A DNA stretch of 64,000 nucleotides from an uncultured cyanobacterium (GCA_963740315.1 CAVUDP010000004.1:864001-928000), one strand, 5' to 3'. Positions 30,942 to 42,011 are shown, counted from the first letter of the stretch. Made by a program: numbers and translations. The notes: generated by a model not told the origin, from the sequence alone.

Positions 30942-31901
30942 ATGAGTCGTCCGATTATATTGGGTATTGTAGGTGACAGTGCTGCGGGTAAAACAACTTT
31001 AACTAAAGGTATCGCGCAGGTATTAGGACCGGAGAATGTTACCGTTATTTGTACGGACGATTATCATCGGTACGATCGCAAGCAACGTGCGGAAATTGGT
31101 ATTACTGCTCTCAATCCTGACTGCAACTATTTGGATATTATGCAGCAACACATGAAACAGCTGCGTGATGGGCTACCAATTCTGAAGCCAGTTTATAACC
31201 ATACAACTGGAAATTTGGATGCTCCCGAATACATCAAGCCGAATAAATTCGTGATTGTAGAAGGATTGCTGGGTTATGCGACTCGTAAAGTAAGGCAATG
31301 TTACGATGTCAAAGTTTATCTAGCTCCCCCAGAATCCTTACGTGCAACTTGGAAAGTTAAGCGGGATACTCAAAAGCGCGGATATACTGAGGAACAGGTT
31401 TTAAAGGCACTCAAAGGACGCGAACCAGATTCAGAAAACTTTATCCGTCCTCAACGTCAATGGTCGGATATTGTTGTAAGTTTCTATCCTCCGGAGGATG
31501 ATTCCGAGCAAAGTAACGGTCATTTAAATGTACGGTTGGTATTACGTCCAACAATTCCTCACCCAGATTTTACCGAAATTGTCAGTTCTGGGAATGGTAG
31601 TTCTATGTCAGCAATTCGCTTGGATTTAGATAGAGATATGAGCAAACCCGTTGACGTTTTGGAAGTTGATGGACACGCCACATCAGAACAGGTAGATAGA
31701 TTAGAGCGAATTATCTGTTCCGATATGCCTAATTTAAAAAACGTTTGCGATCGCGAAAGTAATCCAGAGTTGGGTAAAGTCGCTGGCACAACTGGAGAAA
31801 GTATCCAAAGTTACCCCTTGGCTCTGACCCAATTGTTAATTACTTACCATATGCTCAAAGCAACTCAAATTTCTCAAGAAGGTTTGCAAGTCAAGGTTTA
31901 G
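30942..31901 (+). CDS. phosphoribulokinase/uridine kinase family protein (PRK paralog)
   Basis: GDSAAGKTT, DDYHRYDRKQR, KPVYNH, EGLL, WKVKRD..KRG, FIRPQR. Confidence 0.85.
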   Translation: MSRPIILGIVGDSAAGKTTLTKGIAQVLGPENVTVICTDDYHRYDRKQRAEIGITALNPDCNYLDIMQQHMKQLRDGLPILKPVYNHTTGNLDAPEYIKPNKFVIVEGLLGYATRKVRQCYDVKVYLAPPESLRATWKVKRDTQKRGYTEEQVLKALKGREPDSENFIRPQRQWSDIVVSFYPPEDDSEQSNGHLNVRLVLRPTIPHPDFTEIVSSGNGSSMSAIRLDLDRDMSKPVDVLEVDGHATSEQVDRLERIICSDMPNLKNVCDRESNPELGKVAGTTGESIQSYPLALTQLLITYHMLKATQISQEGLQVKV

Positions 31902-32275
31902 ATAATAGATGGGGAAGATAATTGGTATACGCCCGCACGCTCCGCGTGAATGGTAATTGGGCACCTAAGAGAGCGGGGGAAGCGGAGGAAGCGGGGGAAG
32001 CGGAGGAAGCAACTTCAAATTCTTTTTTTCTTCCTCTGCCCCCTCTGCCTCCTCTGCTCTCTTCTGCCCATCTCCCCATCTCCCCATCTCCCTATCTCCC
32101 CATCTCCCCATCTCCCCCTCTTCCCCATCTCCCCCTCTTCCCCCTCTCCCCCTCTTCCCCCTCTCCCCCCTCCTAAAATTTTAAATATTTACTGAGCTAT
32201 TGCTAAATTCTGCGGGTCAAACTGGGATAACTAAAGGTAGGTACACCAAACATATCGTTATTCCCAAGTTTATCT

Positions 32276-33007
32276 ATGACCTACTGCCTCAGAATTGCCG
32301 ACATGGCTGAAAATGAGCGTCCGCGAGAACGCTTGTTAACTCATGGTGCAAAAGTACTAGCTACTGCTGAGTTAATTGCAATTCTACTAGGTACGGGTCA
32401 AGGTCCTGGTAAATTGTCTGCTGTAGGTTTGGGACAATATATTCTACAGGAATTAGGCAAGCATCAGCGCGAACCTTTGGTAGTTTTACGAGATATCAGC
32501 GCCGCAGAATTGATCGAAATTCCCGGAATTGGACCGGCAAAGGCAACGGCGATTTTAGCGGCTATAGAATTAGGCAAACGTGCTTTTCAATCTCGTCCGG
32601 GAGAAGGAACATTAATTGATAGTCCAGCATCTGCGGCTGCTGCACTGAGTCAAGATTTGATGTGGCAGCAGCAAGAAAGGTTTGCGGTAGTGCTATTAGA
32701 TGTGAAAAATCGTTTGTTGGGAACCCAAGTAATTACGATTGGAACCGCAACAGAAACTTTAGCACCCCCTCGCGAGATATTTCGGGAGGTAATTCGTCAA
32801 GGCGCAACCCGTTTAATAGTCGCACACAACCACCCTTCAGCAAACCTCGAACCCAGCCCAGAAGATATTGAATTAACTCGCCAGTTGTTAGGTGGAGCGC
32901 AATTTTTACAAATTCCTCTGATAGACCATTTAATACTCGGTGATGGAGATTTCCAAAGTTTGCGCGAAATTACTACTTTGTGGGATGAATATCCGCAGGC
33001 AGATTAA
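32276..33007 (+). CDS. radC: RadC-family JAB domain protein
   Basis: [30 protein letters not shown]...PSPED, DHLI. Confidence 0.95.
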   Translation: MTYCLRIADMAENERPRERLLTHGAKVLATAELIAILLGTGQGPGKLSAVGLGQYILQELGKHQREPLVVLRDISAAELIEIPGIGPAKATAILAAIELGKRAFQSRPGEGTLIDSPASAAAALSQDLMWQQQERFAVVLLDVKNRLLGTQVITIGTATETLAPPREIFREVIRQGATRLIVAHNHPSANLEPSPEDIELTRQLLGGAQFLQIPLIDHLILGDGDFQSLREITTLWDEYPQAD

Positions 33008-33016
33008 TATTGCAAC

Positions 33017-33060
33017 AAAAAATGTAGAGAGGTGCTAAGCATCCGTCTCTACATTTTTTT
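33017..33060. terminator. bidirectional terminator-like hairpin (REP-derived) between convergent genes
   Basis: aaaaaatgtagaga...tctctacattttttt. Confidence 0.6.
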
Positions 33061-33179
33061 ATGTTTTATTGTAATTTAAACCAAAAACCACATTATCAAT
33101 TAATACATTAATTATTCTTTTGATGTTGATATTACCTGCTTTTAAAGCATAGGAGGGAAAATCATCAGCAACGCTTTCT

Positions 33180-34622
33180 TTAATAGGCTCCTTTTTTTTC
33201 TACAATAACTTTGATGGTTTGCAAGATAATCTGCAAGTCTAATGAAAGCGACCAATTTTCCATGTAGGTTTTATCTAGATCGATCACTTTCTCGAAGTCG
33301 ATAATATCTGAACGACCGGAGATTTGCCACAAACCTGTTATTCCGGGGAGAACTTCTTGACGAATGAAGTGGTGGTCGGAAAATTTTTGTACATCTCTTA
33401 TAGGTAAAGGACGAGGACCAACTAAACTCATTTCTCCAAACAGAACGTTAAACAGTTGAGGAAACTCATCTAAACTATACTGACGGAGAAATTTTCCTAC
33501 TTTGGTAATGCGCGGATCGTCTTTGATTTTAAAGAGAATTCCATCTTTGGTTTCGTTTTGTGCTTCTAACTGTTTTTGTAATTCATCTGCATTCGTCACC
33601 ATCGTGCGGAATTTCCATACTTTGAAAGATTTTCCATGTAAACCAACGCGAGTTTGTTTGTAGAAAACAGGACCTGGAGAATCGAATTTGATTAGTAAAG
33701 CAATCAACAGATAAATTGGTGACGCGAATAAAATAAAAAACGCCGAACTACAAAAATCGAAATACCGTTTTATCCAAAAATCACTACCTGTAATAGTTGG
33801 TGGCATAAAATTCAATATTGGAATACCACCAAGCATTTTTAATTCTAATCTTTGCTCTACAGCTTGTAATTCAATCGGTAAAATATGTAAGATAACGCCT
33901 GCATTTCTTAATTTCCAGTAGAGGTACATTCTACTTTCTATAGACTGCCAGGAACAAACAAAAACTTCTGCTATTCCTTGACGGATAATTTCATCTAAAG
34001 TCGCGGCTAAATGACCTTTGGATGAAGCGATTAAATCAACATCCTTCCAACCGACAAGATTGTAACAGTTTTGTTTATCTAAAAGTTTTATAGCTTTATT
34101 TTTATCTTGTGGAGAACAGATTAGATATGTGGGACAAGTAATTACATTTTGCTTTCTCAGGCGCATAATGGCAGTATTTACCATAAATCTACCAGAGCAA
34201 GCGATCGCTATGCTCAAAAGCCACGCTGTAATAAAGGTCGATCTGGGAAATAAATTATTTTGTAGGTAAAGATATCCGAAAAGTAGTAGCAGGAAATAGG
34301 AGAATGTTATTGTTTTGCTGAAATTAAAATAATCGCGGCGTTTCTCTCCTGCTTCGTATAATCCTTGAGTTGCAATCAGACAAATTTGAATGGCAATAGT
34401 TGACAAGATAAAAATTAAATTGTCTTGCTCAAACCAGTCTGCATTAGAGTTTATGCCGTAAGCTTGTGCTATCTTCCAAGCTAATCCCAAGCATATTGCA
34501 TCTACTGCAATCAGAATTGTTCTACGAAGCCATATCGCACCAACTCTTTTACGTAATTGTGTTAAAGTTGGAGCGCGTAAATCTAAGAGATTATTCCCTG
34601 ATAATTGACTAACAAAAGACAT
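33180..34622 (-). CDS. priming polyprenyl glycosylphosphotransferase (WcaJ/WbaP type)
   Basis: N-terminal TM helices; KRYFD, KFRTM, DDPRIT, LDEFPQL..V..GEMSLVGPRP, PGITGLWQ. Confidence 0.95.
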   Translation of the reverse strand: MSFVSQLSGNNLLDLRAPTLTQLRKRVGAIWLRRTILIAVDAICLGLAWKIAQAYGINSNADWFEQDNLIFILSTIAIQICLIATQGLYEAGEKRRDYFNFSKTITFSYFLLLLFGYLYLQNNLFPRSTFITAWLLSIAIACSGRFMVNTAIMRLRKQNVITCPTYLICSPQDKNKAIKLLDKQNCYNLVGWKDVDLIASSKGHLAATLDEIIRQGIAEVFVCSWQSIESRMYLYWKLRNAGVILHILPIELQAVEQRLELKMLGGIPILNFMPPTITGSDFWIKRYFDFCSSAFFILFASPIYLLIALLIKFDSPGPVFYKQTRVGLHGKSFKVWKFRTMVTNADELQKQLEAQNETKDGILFKIKDDPRITKVGKFLRQYSLDEFPQLFNVLFGEMSLVGPRPLPIRDVQKFSDHHFIRQEVLPGITGLWQISGRSDIIDFEKVIDLDKTYMENWSLSLDLQIILQTIKVIVEKKGAY

Positions 34623-35013
34623 AATTTTTGATAACTTATTGGTTAGTTCTATATAAATCGTAATTTATTTCTATGACATTATTGTGACATAATAATATCT
34701 AAAAAGCCTGAAGCAAATTGTTTATTAGCAGAGGCAAAAATAAATTTTTTATTTCTAATATAAGTAGAAAAATGTCTGATTTTAGAATATAAAATAGCTA
34801 ACAATATAATTGTATAAAGAATGCAATATTACCTTATTTCAATATAATAACAGTTGTTATACATTGCAATAAGGTACAATTTGATATTTTGCTCGCATAA
34901 TAAAATCAAAATAGTTTTTATAAATTAGTTAAAAGTTATAATAACTATTTTCTATGTATGACATCTTTTTTATTACTAGATATTGAGAAATTGCAATTAA
35001 AACACAATTAGAA

Positions 35014-36189
35014 TTAACGGCTTGGTGCTGCATCAAAAGCACGCGCGATCGCATTCCAAGCAAATTTGCGTTCTCCATTTATATCCAGCGGTAAAGGACG
35101 AACGGGTGCGCCATCATTTCGGGGTTGAAACTCATTCAACCAAGTATATTTGTCACTTAATCCCCAAGTTAAAATCGCAATTACTGCTGGCTGTTCCAAA
35201 ACTACTTTTAAATAATCGCTGTAGGCTTTGGCAATGATTCGATCGCGGACTTGTACGTTTCTTGGTAACTCTTTGTCGGTAACATCGAGTTCTGTAATCA
35301 AAATTTTCAAACCCATATCGGCAACTTGAGCCAAAAAATCTTTTATTTTACTAGGATTAAAATTGGTTTTGCTACCGTCTAAATGAGCTTGAATACCCAA
35401 AGCATGAATGGGAGTTCCTTGGGATTTTAAACGTTTTAAAAGTTGAATAACGGCGTTTCGCTTGGCTTCATCTGCGGCTATGTCGTAATCCAAACCATAA
35501 TCGTTATAGACTAACATCGCTTTTGGATCGGCTTCATGTGCTAAGCGAAAAGCTAAATCGATGTAATCTTCTCCCAGAAACTCCAACCACGGCGTTTTTC
35601 TTAAACCGTCGGGATGCCCATCTTCTGTTTTGATAGCTTCATTAACTACATCCCAAGAATGGATTTGCCCTCGGTAGCGTCTTACAACGGTTTGGATATG
35701 TTTTTCTAAAAAAGTTTTCGCATTTTGATTATTAACTGTATCTTCAAACCAAGGAGGTAAAGATTCATGCCAGACTAAAGTATGTCCTCGATATTCCATG
35801 CCATGAGTCTTGGCAAAATTAAGCATCCAGTCTGCCGCAGTGAAATCAAAAGATTCGGGTGTAGGACGTAATGCATTTGGATTTACGTGCCATTTCAATC
35901 CCCATTCTGGAAGCAATATTGAGCATTCTTTAATTACACTTTGAGCATATTCGGTATCGCTTGAAAGCTGATCGTAACGTATAGCCGCTCCAAAAAGAAG
36001 TTTTTTCTTAGCGGCGCGTTGTTTTAGAGATTCATCTCCAGGATATTTTATACATTCACAATTCGGGTCATCCAAAGCAAGAATTTGCTGACGTTTTAAC
36101 TCGTCTTTACCTGTAACTACTGCACCCATAGCTGTTAAAGCACCTAGACAAAATAGAAATTTTCGTCTTGTTAATATTTTTTTAGACAT
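35014..36189 (-). CDS. GH10 glycoside hydrolase with Tat-like signal
   Basis: TRRKFL signal; RGHTLVWH, WDVVNE, NDY, GIQAH, ITELD. Confidence 0.93.
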   Translation of the reverse strand: MSKKILTRRKFLFCLGALTAMGAVVTGKDELKRQQILALDDPNCECIKYPGDESLKQRAAKKKLLFGAAIRYDQLSSDTEYAQSVIKECSILLPEWGLKWHVNPNALRPTPESFDFTAADWMLNFAKTHGMEYRGHTLVWHESLPPWFEDTVNNQNAKTFLEKHIQTVVRRYRGQIHSWDVVNEAIKTEDGHPDGLRKTPWLEFLGEDYIDLAFRLAHEADPKAMLVYNDYGLDYDIAADEAKRNAVIQLLKRLKSQGTPIHALGIQAHLDGSKTNFNPSKIKDFLAQVADMGLKILITELDVTDKELPRNVQVRDRIIAKAYSDYLKVVLEQPAVIAILTWGLSDKYTWLNEFQPRNDGAPVRPLPLDINGERKFAWNAIARAFDAAPSR

Positions 36190-36198
36190 CGGTAATTC

Positions 36199-36957
36199 CT
36201 AAGCAAGCTTGTAAAAACCGAGTCGTTGCTTGATTACCAACCACATAAATTGGGGATTTCCCATTACATAACGTTTCCACAAACGTTTTGGTTCGACAAT
36301 CAAGCGGAATAACCACTCTAATCCCCATTTTTGCATCCACAAAGGCGCTCGTTGCACCATATCAGCAACCAATTCAAAACTAACCCCAATACCTAAAGAA
36401 ACAGGTACTCCTAATTCTTGATAATTCTCATATATCCACTTTTCTTGTTTGGGAGCGCCTAATCCTACAAACAGAATATCTGGCGCTGCTGCTTTAATTT
36501 TGGAATTGATTAACGCTAATTCTTCTGGTTGTGATTCAAATCCATAGGGTGGACAGTGTGTTCCAACTATTTTCAGATCGGGATGCCGGGAAAGCAAAAC
36601 TCTCTTAGCCGCTTCAGCAGCGCCGGGACGACCACCCAGTAAGAATATTTTCAGTCCTTTCTTTTCGGCAACAGCAGATAATTCTTCAAATAAATCAGTT
36701 CCATTAACGCGACCATTTAACGGTGTTTGCAAGAATTTAGCAGACCATAATAATGAAACACCATCGGGTACAGCTAAAAATGCTTTGTCGTAAATATCGC
36801 GAAAACCAGCATCGCGTTGAAGACTTAAAACGTGTTGTGCGTTGGGAGTAACTACGTAGGAAGGAAGAACACCTGTAAGAGCATGGTCTACAATGCGTTC
36901 TGTCACCTCATCGAAACTGTAGTTGTCAATTTTTACTCCGCAGATATTTACTTTCAT
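36199..36957 (-). CDS. WecB/TagA/CpsF-family glycosyltransferase (GT26)
   Basis: VTPN, VPDG, RVNGTDL, VGLGAPKQEKW, RAP...GLEWLFRL..EPKRLWKRY. Confidence 0.95.
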   Translation of the reverse strand: MKVNICGVKIDNYSFDEVTERIVDHALTGVLPSYVVTPNAQHVLSLQRDAGFRDIYDKAFLAVPDGVSLLWSAKFLQTPLNGRVNGTDLFEELSAVAEKKGLKIFLLGGRPGAAEAAKRVLLSRHPDLKIVGTHCPPYGFESQPEELALINSKIKAAAPDILFVGLGAPKQEKWIYENYQELGVPVSLGIGVSFELVADMVQRAPLWMQKWGLEWLFRLIVEPKRLWKRYVMGNPQFMWLVIKQRLGFYKLA

Positions 36958-37051
36958 GATTTAATCTCCAATAGTTTCTAGATTTGCAATTTTGCGATCG
37001 CCCTCGTCAGATTTCAGGACTTCTAGACCACAAGAAGACACGCTACGCTTG

Positions 37052-37116
37052 AGAAGTCGGGTTTTTAGAAAATTTGTAAGTGTATTACAGATACGTATTC
37101 TAAAAACCCGACTTCT
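37052..37116. repeat. perfect 19-bp inverted repeat with 27-nt spacer
   Basis: agaagtcgggtttttagaa (37052-37070) and ttctaaaaacccgacttct (37098-37116). Confidence 0.85.
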
Positions 37117-37183
37117 GACCATTAAAATTAGGGGTGCGCTATTTAAGCCGTGTAGTACTAGTAGCGATCGCACTTCGTTAAAT

Positions 37184-38311
37184 TCAACCTTTCGCAGTTT
37201 TGATTAATTCTCCAGCAACTGGTAAAAGAGAATTTTTTGATTTAGAGGCTAGCACCGAATTATAAATTTCATGAAGTTGAGAAGAATAGACTTTGATATC
37301 GAAAGGAGTAACAGTAAGTCTGGCTGCATTTCCCAAAGAGACTCTCAAAGAATTATTCTCAATCAATTCCTGCATTGCCCCAGATAGCTGTTGGATATCT
37401 CCGGGAGTAACTAACAAACCATTCTCTGTGGAAATAATCAATTCAGGGATACCACCTACTGGCGTAACTATTGCAGGTAAACCCCAACCCATTGCTTCTA
37501 AAAGAGCCATTGGTAAACCTTCGTTGTAGGAAGGTAAAACAAATACGTCAATCTGTGCAAGCAATTTATCTCTAGTTTGAGAGTCTATCCAACCGAGGAA
37601 TTCAACCCGGTTTGTCAGATTAAAGCTTTCAACTAATCTACGTGCTTCTTCAATATCTCCATCTCCAGCAACGATTAACTCAGAGCGGTTTTTTAACGCT
37701 TCTGGCATTGTCGCAAAGGCTCTGATTAAATCAAATGTTCCTTTACGCGAACCAACTCTTCCGAAAAAGCCTAATTTAATAGATGAAGTATTTGTTCGGT
37801 TGGGAATTTGAGCGGGTAATTCCGTAGGATTGGGTAGAACTAAAACTTTTTTTGCGTTCAATCCCAAGTTATTTATATAGTATTCTTCCCAGGTTTTGGA
37901 AAGAACAATAAAATCATCGCAGCAACGAAATACTTTATTTAAAACTAACTGCGCCCATTTGGGAAGTTTAGAGTAAGTTACGTGGAATTCGGCACCGTGG
38001 GCGTGCATTAAAACGGGTTTGTTAAATATAAAAGCAATCAGCGTAATTATTGCTTTTCGTACCAAGCTACCGCCGTCTGAAATATGAATGTGTACTATAT
38101 CGGCTTTATTACTTAGTAAATTCCATAATAGTAATGTAAAAGCTTTGATAAAAACTTTGATTCTATGGATAACTGTACCTTCATCATGGGTAGTTATATG
38201 TTGAAACTCAACACCATTAGGAGCGTGGTTGAGCATCAGTTTTTCTACAGTTGCTATACCTCCATTTTGTTCGAGGCTAGCACCCAACATGAGAATATTT
38301 AATTTGCTCAT
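37184..38311 (-). CDS. GT4 glycosyltransferase
   Basis: GGIA, GRVGSRKG, PSYNEGLPMALLEAM (EX7E). Confidence 0.93.
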   Translation of the reverse strand: MSKLNILMLGASLEQNGGIATVEKLMLNHAPNGVEFQHITTHDEGTVIHRIKVFIKAFTLLLWNLLSNKADIVHIHISDGGSLVRKAIITLIAFIFNKPVLMHAHGAEFHVTYSKLPKWAQLVLNKVFRCCDDFIVLSKTWEEYYINNLGLNAKKVLVLPNPTELPAQIPNRTNTSSIKLGFFGRVGSRKGTFDLIRAFATMPEALKNRSELIVAGDGDIEEARRLVESFNLTNRVEFLGWIDSQTRDKLLAQIDVFVLPSYNEGLPMALLEAMGWGLPAIVTPVGGIPELIISTENGLLVTPGDIQQLSGAMQELIENNSLRVSLGNAARLTVTPFDIKVYSSQLHEIYNSVLASKSKNSLLPVAGELIKTAKG

Positions 38312-38566
38312 ATGCCCCTGAAATTAAAATGAATTAAAAAAATTAATCAAAAAAATGCGTTTGGTAAAATTTTTTCCTGTAATTAAATCCGGAGAATTTT
38401 ATTAAATTTATCCTTCTTTAAAAATCGCACAGAGAAAATTAATTTGCATCAGCATAATTACAGAAAGGAATACTCAATTTGATAATTGGTGGTAAACAGG
38501 TAATTTGCTTGTGCTTTTTAGAATATAAAAAGGGCTAAAGCCCTTACTACGAACGAAGAAAGTTTT

Positions 38567-41068
38567 TTATTTACTTAAGCAACCACTAAGTTGTTTGGCT
38601 AAAAGCTCGGCATTCTCTGGCTTTAATAACATAGAGCGATGAGTTCCGGGAATTTTATGTACTTCGACTTCAGTAGCCCATTTATCCCAACCAAAATTAG
38701 TATCTTCAAGTCCATAAAATTCAAATGTGGCTATGAAAATATTGATTTTACCCGGTAATGGTTTGACCGAGTATTCATTTACGAATTCTTTAAGGGCTGG
38801 TATTAATGGTTGAAATGATTCGGTAAGCTTGAACTCTACTCGCTCCTTAAAAAAGCTGGTTTTGTCTTTCCAAGAAAATCCTAGAATAATTTTAAGCCGT
38901 TGATAACGTTTGAATAATAATCTAGCTTCTTCTGCTCGCTTTTCTATTTCTGGAGTAGGAGTATCAAGCATTCCTAAAAAAGCTACTTGTTGATTTTGTG
39001 CGTATAATTGCTGGGCTATTTCGTAACTAACTAAACCTTCATAGGAATGACCCATTAAATGATATGGACCATTTGGCTGAATATCGCGTATTTTTTGGAT
39101 ACAGCGAGATGCCATTTCTGGAGCTTTATCTAACGGCTCCTGTACTATATGCACTGGCTGCTCTGTATCTAAATCCTCTATCAATTGCTGATACAAAAAA
39201 CCGTTATTTGCAATGATAAATAAAGGTGGTTTTTTACCATGTTGATTGAGTTTGATAACGCTTTCTGCATGAATTTCTTCTTGAGTAAGAATAGCAGCCA
39301 ATTTTTCAATTGTTGAAGCTTTAAAAAATATTCCTGGCTCCAGTTTTTTGTCAAATACCTTCTCGATTTTAGCCACAATTGATGTAGCCATCAGCGAATT
39401 ACCACCCAAGGAAAAGAAGTTATCTTTAATCCCAATTGGCTGAATGCGGAAAGCTTGTTCCCAGATAGCGATTAATTTCTGTTCTACATCGTTGCTAGCG
39501 GATAAATATTCTTCTTCTAAATTAAGATTGGTTTTATCAGGTTTGGGAAGAGCCTTACGGTCTACTTTATCATTTGGAGTTAAGGGTAGAGCTTCTAGAA
39601 TGACAAATCCTGACGGAATCATGTATTCGGGTAGCCTGCTTTTAGAAAAATCTTTTAATTCTTTGCTTGCAGGTGGTTCATTTCGGGGAACGATATAAGC
39701 TATTAAACGTTTTTCCCCAGCTTCGTATTCTTGAGGAATAACAACAGCTTCTTTGACAGCAGAATGTTGGTTGAGAACAGTTTCAATTTCTCCTAACTCA
39801 ATCCTGAAACCGCGAATCTTTACCTGATGGTCGATACGACCAAGAAAATCAATATTACCGTCGGGAAGAAAACGAGCTAAATCTCCAGATTTGTACATTC
39901 GCATTCCCGGATTAAACGGGTTGGGAACAAACTTCTGTGCTGTTAATTCCGGTCGGTTTAAATAGCCGGATGCTAAACCATCACCACTAATATATAATTC
40001 ACCGGGGACACCTACGGGAAGAGGCTGCAAGTGACTATCTAGAATATAAACTTGGGTGTTAGAAATGGAATAACCTATTGGTAAAGCCTTATCTGCTGGA
40101 TGATTTTTGGGAACTCGATAACAGCAAGTAAATGTTGTATTTTCTGTGGGACCATAACCATTAATTAACTGACAGTTGGGATGAGTTTGCTGTAGTTTTT
40201 GAGCGTGAATCGGTGAAATAATATCTCCACCTGCTAACAATTGTCGAACTCCTTTAAAGCTTTGGAGTTGTTCGTCTACCATCAGATGAAATAAACCTGC
40301 TGTTAACCAAAGAGTTGAAATCTGATATTTTTCTAATGTTTCTCCTAATTGTTGAAGTGAAGGTTGTTGAATTGGTAAAAGAACCAGTTTTCCTCCATTA
40401 AGTAAAGCCCCCCAAATCTCAAATGTGGAAGCATCAAAGGAAATTGGAGCAGCTTGTAATATAATTTCTGACGCACTTAAATTGACGTAATTACTCGATT
40501 TAACTAACCTGACAACTCCTTGATGAAGAATACAAACCCCTTTTGGTATTCCTGTTGAACCAGAAGTGTACATGATGTAGGCTAAATTTTCTGGTGTTAC
40601 TAACTCAATGGGATTTTCAGCGCTGTTTTGAACAATTGTTTCCCATTCAGTATCGAGATTTATAACCTCACCCCGATATTCCTGCGATCGCTCCCTCTGC
40701 TTATCAAGGAGGGATGTTGTTATCAACACTTTCACCCCAGCATCTTTTAAGATAAAAGTCAATCTCTCTTGAGGATATGCTGGATCTAAAGGTACATAAG
40801 TTCCCCCAGCTTTGAGAATTGCTAATATTCCAATAATTGCTTCGGTCGAATGTTGCAAATAAATCCCTACGGGTGTTTGCGATTTTACTCCCAAGTTGCG
40901 GAGATGATGAGCTAGTTGATTAGCTTTGATATTTAATTGCTCGTAGGTAAATTTTTGATTTTGCCAAACAAGGGCTGTATTACTCGGCGTTTGTGCTACT
41001 TGTTCTTCAAAAAGTTGATGGATGCATTTTTTGGGATAATCAAATGCTGTTTGATTCCATTCAGTCAA
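38567..41068 (-). CDS. stand-alone NRPS-like A-T-TE protein (predicted Val-activating); downstream part of a gene split by an in-frame TGA
   Basis: YTSGSTGIPKG, YGPTE, YKSGDL, QVKIRGFRIELGEIE, PNDKVDR; T domain FFSLGGNSL; TE GHSYEG...GTHRSML. Confidence 0.9.
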   Translation of the reverse strand: MTEWNQTAFDYPKKCIHQLFEEQVAQTPSNTALVWQNQKFTYEQLNIKANQLAHHLRNLGVKSQTPVGIYLQHSTEAIIGILAILKAGGTYVPLDPAYPQERLTFILKDAGVKVLITTSLLDKQRERSQEYRGEVINLDTEWETIVQNSAENPIELVTPENLAYIMYTSGSTGIPKGVCILHQGVVRLVKSSNYVNLSASEIILQAAPISFDASTFEIWGALLNGGKLVLLPIQQPSLQQLGETLEKYQISTLWLTAGLFHLMVDEQLQSFKGVRQLLAGGDIISPIHAQKLQQTHPNCQLINGYGPTENTTFTCCYRVPKNHPADKALPIGYSISNTQVYILDSHLQPLPVGVPGELYISGDGLASGYLNRPELTAQKFVPNPFNPGMRMYKSGDLARFLPDGNIDFLGRIDHQVKIRGFRIELGEIETVLNQHSAVKEAVVIPQEYEAGEKRLIAYIVPRNEPPASKELKDFSKSRLPEYMIPSGFVILEALPLTPNDKVDRKALPKPDKTNLNLEEEYLSASNDVEQKLIAIWEQAFRIQPIGIKDNFFSLGGNSLMATSIVAKIEKVFDKKLEPGIFFKASTIEKLAAILTQEEIHAESVIKLNQHGKKPPLFIIANNGFLYQQLIEDLDTEQPVHIVQEPLDKAPEMASRCIQKIRDIQPNGPYHLMGHSYEGLVSYEIAQQLYAQNQQVAFLGMLDTPTPEIEKRAEEARLLFKRYQRLKIILGFSWKDKTSFFKERVEFKLTESFQPLIPALKEFVNEYSVKPLPGKINIFIATFEFYGLEDTNFGWDKWATEVEVHKIPGTHRSMLLKPENAELLAKQLSGCLSK

Positions 41069-41071
41069 AAT

Positions 41072-41791
41072 TCAATCGCGTTCGATTTCACTTAAAATTT
41101 TTAATTCGTTAACTTTACAAGCGGGATTTTCAATAACAGCTTCAAGTAAATTATTAAAATGAGCGATCGCCCGCTTCATAGTTTGCGGTTCAAACAATTC
41201 TTGATTGTATGTTACGGTTCCTTTCAAGCCTTGTTGCGATTCAACTAAAACGAAAGACAAATCTAATTTAAATTCTTCAATATCGATTGCTAATGCGATA
41301 TCACTTCTAGAGGTATCTAGCAAGCTAAACATTACTTGAAAAATACTGGATTTATTTTGTTTATTAGTAATAGATAATTTTTTTACAAGTTGCGACCAAG
41401 AAAAGTCTTGATGCTTCAAATCTTCGGTAACAACTCGATCTAATTGTTTTAGAAATTCACTAAATGGTATATTACCCGATATATTAGTTCTGAAAGGTAA
41501 TGTATTGAATAAATAATTAGATTGAGGAATATAAGAACCAACAATAATATCTTCTTGAGTAGTGTATCTATAAAGCAAGCATTTGAAAGCAGCTAATAAA
41601 GTTGTAAAAAATGTAGTCTCAAACTGCCGATTTATTGTTTTAATCGATTGGCAAAGTTCTTGAGAAAAAACAAAAGCTTCTATTCCAACCCGGTTATCTC
41701 GATCGGGACTTCTTAATTTATCTGTAGTTAATTCTAAAACTGGCAGTTTACTAAGTTTTTTTTGCCAGTATTCTAAATTGCGATCGGACAT
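41072..41791 (-). CDS. truncated condensation-like domain (C-terminal half only), in frame with 38567-41068
   Basis: YWQKKL..LP.LEL.TD, LLYRYT.QEDIIVG, FQVMF, YNQELFE; no HHxxxDG; reads ...IERD-TGA-ILTEWNQ. Confidence 0.85.
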   Translation of the reverse strand: MSDRNLEYWQKKLSKLPVLELTTDKLRSPDRDNRVGIEAFVFSQELCQSIKTINRQFETTFFTTLLAAFKCLLYRYTTQEDIIVGSYIPQSNYLFNTLPFRTNISGNIPFSEFLKQLDRVVTEDLKHQDFSWSQLVKKLSITNKQNKSSIFQVMFSLLDTSRSDIALAIDIEEFKLDLSFVLVESQQGLKGTVTYNQELFEPQTMKRAIAHFNNLLEAVIENPACKVNELKILSEIERD

Positions 41792-42011
41792 AATATATAG
41801 TTGGTGAAAGATGCACTTGTTATCCGTATATCTTTTTTTAACAAATTAATTATTATATTTCTTTAGAGAATATACTTAAAAAATAATCTCCTAATTATCT
41901 CTAGAAGCCCGTAACACCAGAATCTTAATGCATAAAATTAGCCTCAAACCTTAACGCACCAAAACTTGGTAGCATGGTGCGTTACTTAATTAAAAACTAA
42001 GAACAATTTTA

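Noticed and set aside
31891..32195. Short Pro/Ser-rich ORFs (also 22713-22940)
   Set aside because: Translation artefacts of STRR repeat tracts
36961..37207. 70-aa ORFs on both strands
   Set aside because: They overlap the inverted-repeat element, which explains the mirrored peptide content
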